DNA of 63,012 bases, the filler included, from Reclinomonas americana ATCC 50394 (taxonomy: Eukaryota), in the NCBI GenBank assembly GCA_048213135.1. It is 4 parts of one record of this genome, joined end to end, with 100 filler letters (N's around TTAATTAATTAA, not from the genome) between each part and the next. Parts side by side here need not be neighbours in the genome. Positions count along the whole stretch, not along the records: positions 12,744 to 44,313 come from PS015302.1; 3 more parts are not named here. One strand, written 5' to 3'. The notes beneath the pieces were generated by a model, which was not told where the DNA came from, made no database searches, and was given only the letters and a program-made list of their open reading frames with translations. Below, piece after piece: positions 12,836-24,900 of the stretch. Position 1 is the stretch's first letter, and every line of letters starts with the position of its first letter. The translations under genes and the position numbers were made by a program.

Positions 12836-12882
<47 letters not shown>

Positions 12883-13136
12883 GAGAGCGAGGGGAGAGAG
12901 AGAGAGGGCACAGTGGACATGCGCTTCATTTCCGCGCCCACGCGCGCTCACACACACTCTCTCGCACACACAGGTGTGCATGTCGAGCACAGGTCAAGTA
13001 CATGCATAGAGAGTGTGCATGTGTGGTGGGGTGGAACGCAACGATGAAGCCATGCGGATGAAAGACGAACTTGCAAGGTGGGGGACAAGTCAGAGTCCTG
13101 CGTGAGTGTGCGAGCAAGCTTCATCATCAACTTTGC

Positions 13137-15899
13137 ATGTCAGGCGCTGGTGCAGTTGCTGCTGTTGCAGCTGGTGGTGGTGGTGCCAATGCGGCTGCCG
13201 CACCCGCAGTCAGCCCACTGAAGAAGATCCTTATCCAGGCAGTGGTGCGTCTCTCACACACTGTCGCTCTTTCTCCGCCTCCACACACACACACACTCAC
13301 CCTCGCACTTTGCACAACCACGCCAGGTGATGATTGTCATGTACTTTGTGTTCCGCAACCTCTCAAAGCACGTGATGCCGTCGGTGCCGACGGTGGCGCC
13401 TGTCGACGACAATGCATCGCCGCTGTCGGGATTGATTCCCGTGCGCGTCGTCTCCGCAGATCGGCCCCTCCTAGTCACCACGCAAGCTGTCGACACTGAT
13501 GATGATGATGGAGGTGGAGGGGGAGGAGGAGGAGGAGTAGTGGCGGAGAGTCACGTGCAGTTGCCGCCTGTGCCGCGACAGGGCATCAGTGCCAAGGCGC
13601 TGCGCAGTGTGCGGCCGCAGTGGGCGCCGTCGCAAAAGATGGTGTGCCACGCACAGTGTTTCCTGTGTGTATAGGGTGTGCGCTTACATTGCGTGCGGTA
13701 GACGGTGCGAGTGTTCTTGTCGGTGGAGGAGGAGTTGTCGGACTTTTCCGAGCCGGCATGGGAGGTGGCGGGCTTGCGCATGTCGGCTGAGGATACGACA
13801 GTGTATGCACACAACATGACGCTGCCGGCGCCGCTGGTGCAGCACCTGATCGCCAACGGGACGGTGTATGCGCATGCCTTTGCGACTGCGCCTGGCGCGG
13901 AGATCAACCCGCGATCAGTCAACTTCAAGCCGTCGCTGTCGTACGGAATCGTCGTTCGTTGAGTTTCTCGCTCACCTCCTCCTCCTCTTCATCATCTTCT
14001 TCTTCCTCTTCATGCATGTGTTGCGTGCTCACATGGCAGCCACTCGACAGCGCTGAACCACTTTGAGGTGGTCAAGGCGAAACCCAAGACCCGCAACTTG
14101 CTGTTCGACGAGGCAACGCCGTCGGACGACACGACGACGACGACGCAAGACGTCGCCACAGTGGACACGGACGCAGAGTTCGAGGTGGATGTGCATGGCG
14201 AGCCACTGCCACCACCGCAACAGTGGGTTTCGGTGTTCCATCCTATCATGGACCTGCAAATGATGGCCTCGCCGCTGACCATTGCACTGGCCGATCTCCC
14301 CCCGAACGCGCTGCGTCGTTGCGTCTCTTTTCACCTGTGTGATAATGCTACTTATTTACCCACACGTGGACGAACACAGAAATCACCTTCACCTCCAAGG
14401 GCAAGTACTACCCGCCGTTCTTCATCAACAACTTCTGGACCATGTCGGAGCAGAACATTCCGGTCAACGCCACCATGGAGGAGCTGCCGCTGAACATGTC
14501 CTTCTCATTCACCACGGTGACCAAGTGGATGTTTACGAATCAGATGGAGAACTCGCTGTCGATGCAGGAGAACCTCACCGCCATGTCCTCGAAAGACAAG
14601 GACGAGTACAAGGTGTGTGTGCATCGTGCGCTCTCCTCATTATTGTGCTGTGCGCCTCGCCAACCAGCACGGTGTGACAGCGCATTCTGTTGGAGACGAA
14701 TCCGTGGTTGCTCGGTGTGACCGTGGTGGTCTCGATTTTGCACATGGTCTTTGACTTTTTGGCGTTCAAGAACGGTGTGTGCGCTGTACATCCTTTGTCT
14801 CCCTTTGCTTCTTGACTCACTGGATAGGGTGGCAGACATCATGTTCTGGAAGGACCGCAAGAGTCTGGAGGGGCTGTCGATACGCACTGTGCTGCTCAAC
14901 GCCTTTTGCCAATTCGTCATCTTCCTGTACCTGCTCGACAACGAGACCTCACTGCTGATTCTGGCCTCGGCCGGCATCGGCGTTTTAATTGATGGGTGGA
15001 AGATCACCAAGGCCTGTAACGTGTCGGTACGGTGGGTGCTGGGTGGACGCATCCCAGTGCCGTCGTTCCGCGCCAAGGAGTCGTACGAAGACTCGGATAC
15101 CGATAGGTTCGACAAGGAGGCCATGCGCAAGCTCGGCTACGTGCTGGCCATTCTGCTGTTCGGCTACAGCATCTACTCGGTGTTCACGAACGAGTTCAAG
15201 GGCTGGTACTCGTTTGTGTTGTCGACGACGGTCGGCGCCATTTACGCGTTTGGTGAGTCCCTGTCTGTGAACAGCTGCGAAACCTGTGTTACCAACAATC
15301 GAATCCATGCTACAGGCTTCGTGATGATGACACCGCAGATCTGGATCAACTACCGCACCAAATCGGTGGCACACATGCCGTGGCGTACGCTGACGTACAA
15401 GGCACTCAACACGTTTGTCGACGACCTCTTCGCGTTCATCATCAAGATGCCGACGCTGCATCGACTCAGTTGCTTCCGTGACGGTGTGCTGCGGTTCCTT
15501 GTGTGTTTTTTTGCGCATACACGCTCACGAGTCTGCTCGTGACCACCAGACATTGTGTTCTTTATTCTCATGTGGCAGCGCTGGATCTACCGAGGTTTGT
15601 CGCAGTGTGTGTGTGTGTGTGGTGGTGAATTTGGAGCAGAGTGGTGATTGGTGATTGTGCGTGCAGTGGACCCGAAGCGTGCCAACGAATACGGACAGCG
15701 TCTCATTGACGAACAGGCGGTGGTACCAGCAGGTGGCGATGCAGCCTCTGCCGACCAACAACAACCGGTGCAACAGGAACCGGCCAGCCCGTCGTCTGCT
15801 GCAGGTGCGATTGCGGAGAAGGTCACATCCAGTCAGCAGCAGCAGAAGCCAAAGGACAAGGGTCAGCGCGGAGAGCAGTCAGTGAGACAACGCAAGTAA
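13137..15899 (+). CDS. CLPTM1: Cleft lip and palate transmembrane protein 1 family (lipid scramblase-like)
   Basis: KTRNLLF, YYPPFFINNFW, LETNPWLLGVTVVVSILHMVFDFLAFKNDIMFWK, LYLLDNETS, FGFVMMTPQIWINYRTKSVAHMPWRTLTYKALNTFVDDLFAFIIKMPTLHRLSCFRDD, QRWIYRVDPKRANEYG. Confidence 0.96.
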
Positions 15900-15999
15900 G
15901 CCGTAACGTAGTTTCGTTTAGAGAGTGTGCCGGAAAGGAAAAGAGAATCATCATCATTACAACACACATTCATTGCTAGTCCACAAGAAAAAACATTAG

Positions 16000-18900
16000 T
16001 TATTGCACACGTGCATTCGCGTGAGCGGCGAGCATTTGCTCCATCATTAACCGCGTCTCCTGGAGCAACCGCTGTTGCTCACGTAATGCCTCCTCCACCT
16101 GCCGCCTCTGCTGCACAAGTTCGGCCGCTTGTCGCGTCAGCTCCTCACGTTGTGCGCGCATCTCCTCACGCTGCACTCTCAACTCCTCCTCCTGTCGCTG
16201 CCGCTCCGCCCGAGCCTCGGCCACCTCGGTGCGCAGTTGCTTGATCTCCACGTCCTGCTCGCGCATCGCTTGCACAATGATGGTGGTCATGCGACTGTAG
16301 TCGACGAGCTTGTAGAACGAGCCGTCGCGCTTGTTGGCGCGCAATATGAGTTCCGGGAACTCCATTTCGACCTCCTGAGCAACAAAGCCGAGATCAAGGC
16401 CCTTGTAGCCGTCTTTCTCGGCCTCGCTGTTCCAGCGATAGCGCACGCTGCGTAGGCCGAGCAGGCGATCGCGCACCGGTTCCATCGGCACAATGTCCTC
16501 TTTCTGTGCGCGTAGCGAACACAGCACAAGAAAATGAGCGCATTATAGGAGCAATCGAGGTGAAACACAGACGGCGAACCAGTCTCATATCCGACGGCAC
16601 GCCGAGTTGGATCGGGAAATCAGTGCACGAGGATGTGATCCAACGCGGAGACGTGCCACTCTGTAGCAGTGCATGGGCATGAGCAAAGGTGATGGATTGA
16701 CGTGCGAGGGAAACGGCACGCAACTGCGTACAGAAGATTGTACGACGCATTGCATCCGGGATTCGCCGATAGCACATACAGACCGTTGCGGAAGAAGACC
16801 GTATTGACTGTGCACAACGCGGGGTGAGGCACGGATACGGCAGCTGGCGACAGTACGTTGCCAGTGCACTCAACTAGTTGCGGCGCCCGTGAATGTGCTG
16901 GTGGTCGTCACGCTCAGCGACGTGCCGACAGAGACCGAGGTGGCGACCGTCAGCGACGAGTTTAGCGTTGTCGCGTTGGTCACTGTCAGGGTGTCGCCAA
17001 CGGAGACAGCACCGCCGACAGTGAGACTGGAAGTACCGAGGATGCTGACATTGCCGCGCAGGTTGATGATTGGCGAAAAAACAGTGGTTGAACTGAGCGC
17101 GCCAATGTTGCCGATGCGCACATTGAAGGAGCTGGTGTTGGTACCGAGGTTCACGTTGGCGTTTCCACCTTCGCCCGCCAACAGTGACCTGTGCGACAGC
17201 ACAGAGCCAGTCAGTTGCCATACACACACTCTCACACTCGTCCCGCAAACAAGGTGAACGCACAGATCGCCGCCGTTTGCCGCGTTGCCGTCACCGGCTT
17301 TCAGTTCGACATTCATGCCACTGACACCGGTGCTGGAGGCAGCGTAGCCTCGAATGCTAAACACACCGGTGAAGTTTGGCACGCCCAGAATAATGTACTT
17401 GTTGGAGGGGTCTCCACGATCTGTACATGCAAGTGACCAAATAAATGTGTGAGAGGCCAGCAGAGGAACAATTCTGTGTGGACGGTCGCGCGGACGCAAC
17501 TGGCATCGATGTAGATGCGGAGCGCAATGTCAAACGTGAGTTCAATGTCGGAGCGCACGATATTCGTACGCACGCCACCGACAGCATACTGCGCGGACAT
17601 TGCGTCAGTCGGGCGCAGCACGGAACGTGGAGAAAGGACACAATCTCGAGCACGCAACTGTCTCGCCAGAGGTGGTGAGACCGCCATTGATCTGCGCCGA
17701 CTGCTCGCACAGCAGCTGTGCAGCAAACAAGGCATGTTCAGTCTCACTAGTAACCATGTGTGCGCATGAGAAAAAAACGCACAAGATTGCGAATGGCAGT
17801 CGACGTGCCGATACCGGGACTGCCGACAACGACGCCGGTGGAGGCACCACCGAGAAGCAGAGTCTGTCGATAACATGAGTATGACAGCGCGAAAGAAACA
17901 GGGCGGAGAGGACGATGAACGATAGACACCCCCAGACTCTCACCGTCGCCGTGTCGAGCGTAATGGTGGATGCGCTCTTCAGCAACACACTGGACGCCGT
18001 GCTTTGGATTTGCACGGCGTTCGCCACGGTGGCAGTCAACGACACCATGGTGAACACAGACAAGCCACTCTCGACGGTAATCTGCAATGCCGGTCAGAAA
18101 CTTTCGCGCGCGTGTGCCACAAATGAAACGAAAACACGCTCGTACCGAGCCGCGAGTGGACCCAGTGGGGCCGGTTGATAGCACTAGATCGCCACCGGTG
18201 ACGGCTCCCGCGCCAGCGTCGTGAATGGCGCTCTCAATACGAAGCAGCGGTGGGGATGTCGGCGCCGCCATACGATACACCGACGCGTGCCGGATGGTGG
18301 TCGTGGTGTCTGCAGCAGCAGCACACCATCGCATGTCATTTTCGTCGTCGAAACGAGTAGCACACACTGACTTTACACTCGCATACCTTGACGACCAACG
18401 CGGAAGACATTGTCGATACCGCGCACAGGACTCGTGGTGGACAGCTCCAGCGGCGAATTCCACTGCGTGAGAGAGAGTGTGTGTAAGTTACCAGTGAAAC
18501 GAGATGCAGTGGCACTGATCCCACACTTGCGCACCACCACATTCGAAGCCGTGACAGTCACAGGCGCAGCACTGTTGCCGATGCTGAGGCTGGCAGTCTG
18601 TGTGACACCCATGATGACGGCGCCATTACCGCTGCTGCCGGAGCCGCCACGCAAGACTCTGCATAAGCACGCCGTGAGTGATTCAAATCTATTGATGTAC
18701 ACCTCCGCGCCACTCACAAGTCGCCACCGGCGCCGCCCGTCGTCTGCTGGCCCTGCATCACAAACGGACTCGGCGATCCGGCAATATCCGACGGCGACAG
18801 CGTGAGGGTCGTTGTCGGTGTGCCGAGGTCGTAGCCAAAGAAGAAGCGCCCAGCCGTGGCAATGATGCTCACAGTCGTCGCACTAAAGATGGTGGTGGTC

Positions 18901-21900
18901 TTCAGCTGAGTCGTCAGGGTCATATCCTGCTGCACGGTCAACTGCACACGAGGAGCGAGAATCCTCTGACGTGAGAAGAGCAACCCAGTGAGGCGTGCGG
19001 GGACTGCAATAACGACAAACCGGTCCCTGGATGGTGGTGGACTTGCCGGTCGCAGCAATGGTGATGCCGGTGAGCGACGCGTCGAGTGTGCCGATTGTGA
19101 TTTGCGTGGCATCCAGTCTCAGAGTGTTACCAGTGATGCTTACTGTCTTGGCGTCCACCGAGATCTGTCCGCCACCACCAGGGCACCACGATGAGCTGAC
19201 CGGGACGGGGCACAAAAATGAATGGATTGCGTGCAGACGCACCAAATCGGTGGTTCGTGTGGACGAGCCGAGGTACAGATTACGGCTGGTGCCTTGACCA
19301 GGGGCGATGCGAAGCGCAACGGCGGGCGATCTACGAGGCCACGAATCACAATACAAGGCGCCAATCAGTGCGGAATCAGAAGAAATGAGAGCAACGCCCC
19401 GCAGACGCACGTTACAGCGTTGTCAATGGTAAACAGATTGACTAGCGAGGTGGAGCTCGGAGTCCCCTGCAGCCGCACAGTGTCGACGGGTGCCGCAATG
19501 CCACCAATGACGGTGGCGGCTCCACCGATGCTGAGACCGCCGGCCAGCTGAGCAGCAATGCAATGAGTCAACACAAACAGCAGCGTTCACCAGCTTGGCG
19601 ATCCACATCACATACGCACCGTGGTGGTGCCGGAAACAGAGAGAGTTTGCTGCATGGATATGGCGCCCTGTACCACCACCGGAGTACTGGCGGCACCCAG
19701 GTAGACGGACGCCGAGCCTGCACTGCCAATCCACACCGCGCCAGGTGCGCCGCCCGCACCGGCACTCCCACCATCAACAAGCCTACAAAAAAATGTGACC
19801 GATCAGCAACGGGCCACAAGCATTGCAATTGGTGGCAGTGTGAGGTGGACGCAACACGTCGCCGCCATTCTTCATGGCTTCCGCAGTGGTCTGGCCGATC
19901 AGCTGCAGACTAACACCATTGCCCAGAGCACGAGAGGCCAGTTGCATCACAAACGGAATGGTACCCGGTTGCACAAGCGACAGCAGTCCGCTGGCCGGTG
20001 CAACACTAATGGCGCCAGCCGCACTTGACAGTGTACTCATCTGCACTGTGGTGGCGCTAACAGAAGGCGCAGTCAACAAGCCGGTCGACACAGTCAGATT
20101 TTGTGTGACCACCATCTACATGAGGTGCAATATCAATGTATGAGAGAGCACGTCGATGGCGACGACGAGCATCGACGACGCAACATCGCCAAGCGCGCGC
20201 ACGAGATTCGTCGTGGTACCGAGTCGGACCTCCGAGCTCGCTGCCGGGCCGTTCGCCTGCACCACAAAGTGGCCGGTGCTGGTCGACAGCGTCACAGTGT
20301 TCTGCACCGTCGCAGTCAACGAGCGCGACGTCAGAGTGATCTGTTTTGCCAGGCAGCTGTCAGTGTCACGTCAACAACAAAGTACAAAGCAGAAACTCCC
20401 AACCCCATTGGTGCGGAATCCGGCAGCGCCAATCGTGATGCTTCCGTCGACCGTGTTGGCACTGCTTTGCCCGGCTGTGCAGTGCAGATTGAATAAATAA
20501 TGAGCACAGCAGCGACAGCACAGCCATCGGCAAGATAACTCACCCTCGATGAGCAGATCACCGCCAGTGCCGCCAGTCGCACCACGGCGAATGGTGAACG
20601 GCGTACCAATGGCGTTGTTGCCGAACTCCACGGCGTTGATGCTGGACTGCACTTGGCCTGTGGTGAGGGCCAGTGTACCAACAGTGGCCGTCGATGTCAC
20701 GCTTAGCACGCCGGTGGTCACCGTCGCACTGAAACTGGTGGTTCCGGCAATGGTCACGCTCGACGAAGCGTTGCCGATGGTCACATTGCCACGCGTTGTG
20801 CCTGTACACGAGACGGGCAGAAGAGGAGGAGGAGGAAGAGAGATGTTTGTACGCATGTCGAACGACTGACACGCACAGGAAGACGAATTCTTCCTTACCA
20901 ATCAGTGTCTGGCCGGCGCCACCCGGTCCCGTGCCCGGATCCACCACACTGTCCGGCGAGTGAGTTGGCGGCTCATCATTTTTGCAGTGCAGCAAAGAGT
21001 GTCAGGGAACGCAACATGTTGCCACCGGCACCACTGGCTGCAACCTGGCCAACGACAGAGAGAGAGAACGCTGCGCCAGTGGCGTCGGGACGCGTCAGAG
21101 TAAATGTTGCTGCAGTACCCCCCAGTCTGCGCAACGCAAACAGTGAGGGAGGGGACGAGTAGACTGGCTGGGTGTGCGACAATGGGCCAGAAGAGCACCT
21201 CATGATGCCCGACGCCGCAGAAATGGACAGATCGCCCGACGTGGTGGTAATGCTGCCGGTGCGCACGCCGCTGTTCAGTGTGGCCAGACCGGCAACAGTG
21301 AGTGTTCCAGTGGTCACAGTGACATTTCCCGCAATGGTGGCAGTGGTGCCGACGGATATCGATCGGGAGAACGTCGACTGTGGCGTGAGAGAGGACGTGT
21401 CAAAAAAGCACAATCACGGTCGCAGTCAAGCGCAACCACGCCTCACCGCCGAGTTCACAAGCAGATTGGTGGTGGCAGTGCCGACCTCCACATCAGCAGT
21501 CGATCCAGTACCAATGTTAATCTTGACGGCACCAAACACATTGACAGTCTGACCGCGCATTGTCACCTGCACAGAAGCAAGTGTCAGTGTGTATTTGTGC
21601 ACGAGAAAAGCATCATTTTCGCGCACCTGCTGAGCTGCATCATCGCCGACTATGAGGAGTCCATTGGCTACGCTCGCGCTGTTGCGGCCACCACGAATGG
21701 TGATGCTGCCGCCGATCGTGGAACCATCACCGCCAGCAACGACAACATCGCCGCCGGCGCCGCTGGCCACCGTCGCTCCCATCAACCACAACGGTCCAGG
21801 AGACCCCGACGATGCAGGGGCACGCTGCAATCGGAAAGTGCTCGAGTCCGGATCACCAAACAGGAGCGACTGAGTGGTGGCCGAGGGCGTGATGAGAACA

Positions 21901-24900
21901 GTCGAGCCGGCGGACAACACCACGTTGCCCGTCACTCGCAACACGGGCGACGACACAAGAACGCGAGTGGTCGTGGACTTGCCCAACTCCACTTCGGATG
22001 ACGTGAGCGTGCCGACACGCACTGCGCCCTCCAGCNNNNNNNNNNNNNNNNNNNNNNNNNNNNNNNNNNNNNNNNNNNNNNNNNNNNNNNNNNNNNNNNN
22101 NNNNNNNNNNNNNNNNNNNNNNNNNNNNNNNNNNNNNNNNNNNNNNNNNNNNNNNNNNNNNNNNNNNNNNNNNNNNNNNNNNNNNNNNNNNNNNNNNNNN
22201 NNNNNNNNNNNNNNNNNNNNNNNNNNNNNNNNNNNNNNNNNNNNNNNNNNNNNNNNNNNNNNNNNNNNNNNNNNNNNNNNNNNNNNNNNNNNNNNNNNNN
22301 NNNNNNNNNNNNNNNNNNNNNNNNNNNNNNNNNNNNNNNNNNNNNNNNNNNNNNNNNNNNNNNNNNNNNNNNNNNNNNNNNNNNNNNNNNNNNNNNNNNN
22401 NNNNNNNNNNNNNNNNNNNNNNNNNNNNNNNNNNNNNNNNNNNNNNNNNNNNNNNNNNNNNNNNNNNNNNNNNNNNNNNNNNNNNNNNNNNNNNNNNNNN
22501 NNNNNNNNNNNNNNNNNNNNNNNNNNNNNNNNNGCAGCAGTGTTCGCAGCACCAGCGTCCAGGAACCTGGATGCCATCAATCGCCGTGAGCATCACTACA
22601 AGTGGGGTAGCCAAGAAAAATAGACACGAAACAGCGTGCCACCAGCATTGGCGCCCTGACCGGCTTGGCCGACAAGCGACGTCGACTGGCCTGCGGACGA
22701 CGTATTCTGCGGTCTCCGCAACACAAAGGCACTGTCGCCGCCCAACGCCACCACTCCAGAACTCGGCTGCAGCAAAATGTCGGCCACCGCAGTCCAAGAG
22801 CGAATGGCGTCGGCGGAAATGGCACCCGTGGCCAACGACAGACCAGAGGTGACTTGCAACTGAGCCACGCAGTCACAACACACAGTCAGGGAATCGATAT
22901 CAACGCTGTGAACAAGAACCACATAGCGACGAAACGGTGCCCGGCAGAATCACAGTCGATGCTGCGCTAGTGCCGATGTTGATGGTAGGAGCATCGAGTG
23001 TAATGGCAGTGGCTGCACTGGCAGTCACTTGCAGGGCGGACAGTGAAATCTACGCGAAGAACACGTTGACAGGCGAGTGAGTACTCAAGGGTGATGGTCG
23101 TCCACATGAGGAATAANNNNNNNNNNNNNNNNNNNNCAAAGCGCACCGATTTGGAGGTGTTACCGGCGTTGCCAATGAGAATGGAGCCCGGAATGCCACC
23201 AGTCGACGGAGCGCCTCCCAGGATTCGCAGATCGCCACCATCGCCGGCAGTTGCACGAGTGGTACGCTGCAATTGGAACTCGGTGCCCACGGCGGTGCCA
23301 ACAAACAGCACGGAACCAGAGGACACGGAAACAGTCGGCGACGCTGACGTCATGACAAGAGTACCGCCGACCTGCAGCGTGGTCGACTGCACAGTGGTGG
23401 TCGCACCCGTGCGCCCCACAATCACTGAGACGGCGCGCTCGGCGCCCACAAACACACTGCCGCCGACGGCTGCCGGAGTGGCGCCACTGTCCACGTATCT
23501 GTGTTGACATGGTGGCAGTGAGGGGGGATGAAAAAATACACGAACACGCAACGACAACCCCTTGGCCGTGACGCAACATAGCTCCTGGCGTGGAGCCAGT
23601 GGGACTGTCCTGGCCGAGCAACTTGAGGTCGACGCCGTTGGAACCAGCCGAGGAGGGCCTCGTCACCACAAACACCGTGGAGGACGAGGACGTGCCCAGG
23701 AACAGTTGAGAGGACGCCGGTTCCAAACGCAGCGGTAGCGCACTGTCGGTAGTAATCGAGGCTCGAACGAGAAGACCGCCAATGAAGGTGGCCACCGGTG
23801 TCACTGCAAGGCTACCGGCAACGCTCACTGCACCTCCGCTGCGTCCAATGGCCACAGACGGTGTGGAGGCGCCGGTGCCGAGTCGAACCTCGGTGCTCCC
23901 GTTCAAGTCAATCACTTGCGCTGTCGCACTTACCTGTATCACGTGCGTGTCAGTGCACATGTTTTCTTCTGCTTCTTCTTATTAAAACCGCTGAACACAC
24001 GAAACAGTAGCAGTACTCGAAGACCCGAGGATCAACACTCCGGAGACCGCCGCTGTCCCAGTGCCAGGTGGCGGTGTGATACGCAAACTGCCGCCGGCGC
24101 GGTTGGCCGCCGTGGGTGTCGGTCGCGTTATGCTAAATGTTCCCTGGTCCTCAACGCCGAGAACCAGCGTCTGTGTCGTCGAGGCTGTGAGAGCGCTGCT
24201 GCTTGACATGTCAATCGAGCCGAGAAACTGCAGGTGTGTCGCGCCAGTGAGCACCGAGCACGCAACAAGATGAAGAAGAAGACATGGAAGGCAGTAGTAC
24301 CTGCACACTGCCCTGCGCAGTGACGGCCGATGCAAATGTCGTCGTGCCAACCACACTGATCGAGTCGGCCGCCGCAGCTCCAAGTTGCACGGCGCCAGCA
24401 GCAAATGTCGCAGAGCCACGTCCACCAGCCAGTATCCTGCCAGTGACGAGAGCGGATGAGAAACTGTGCGATCGGTGGACGTCGAGGGTCGCGGGCAGTA
24501 CGCAACAGTGGGCCACCATTGCCGGAGGAGTTGTCCTGGCCAGCAAGGGTGGTCGACGTGGCACTACCACCTCCGCCGGCAATGGTGGGTCGTGTCACAG
24601 TGAAGCTGGCGCCACTAGCCGATGTGCCGAGAAGAATTCTCTGATTGGAGGACTGGATCGACAGGTTGCCGCCGGCAACGTCGCTCAACACCGGTGTCTG
24701 CACACCGACTGTGACAGACACCTGGAGTGTATCGTGGAATTCAGTCACTTATCACACAAGAGAGAGAGAGGGCGGAATCAGCGGCGACGCACCGTGCCAG
24801 CGATGGTGGTGGCACTTGTGGCTGACCCAATGGTGATGAGGGGAGTGGAGATGGTGCCGAGGCGCAGTTGTCCAATGGAGTCGACCGAGGTGATGGTGGC

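Noticed and set aside
12744..12840. ACCGT/GTAC/CGT degenerate tandem repeat at a scaffold start, possibly a telomere or satellite
   Set aside because: The unit is unstable, is made of TACG-order permutations and abuts a long (GA)n tract at a contig end. This looks like pyrosequencing read-end noise (the 20-N minimal gaps fit such an assembly), not a constant telomeric unit.
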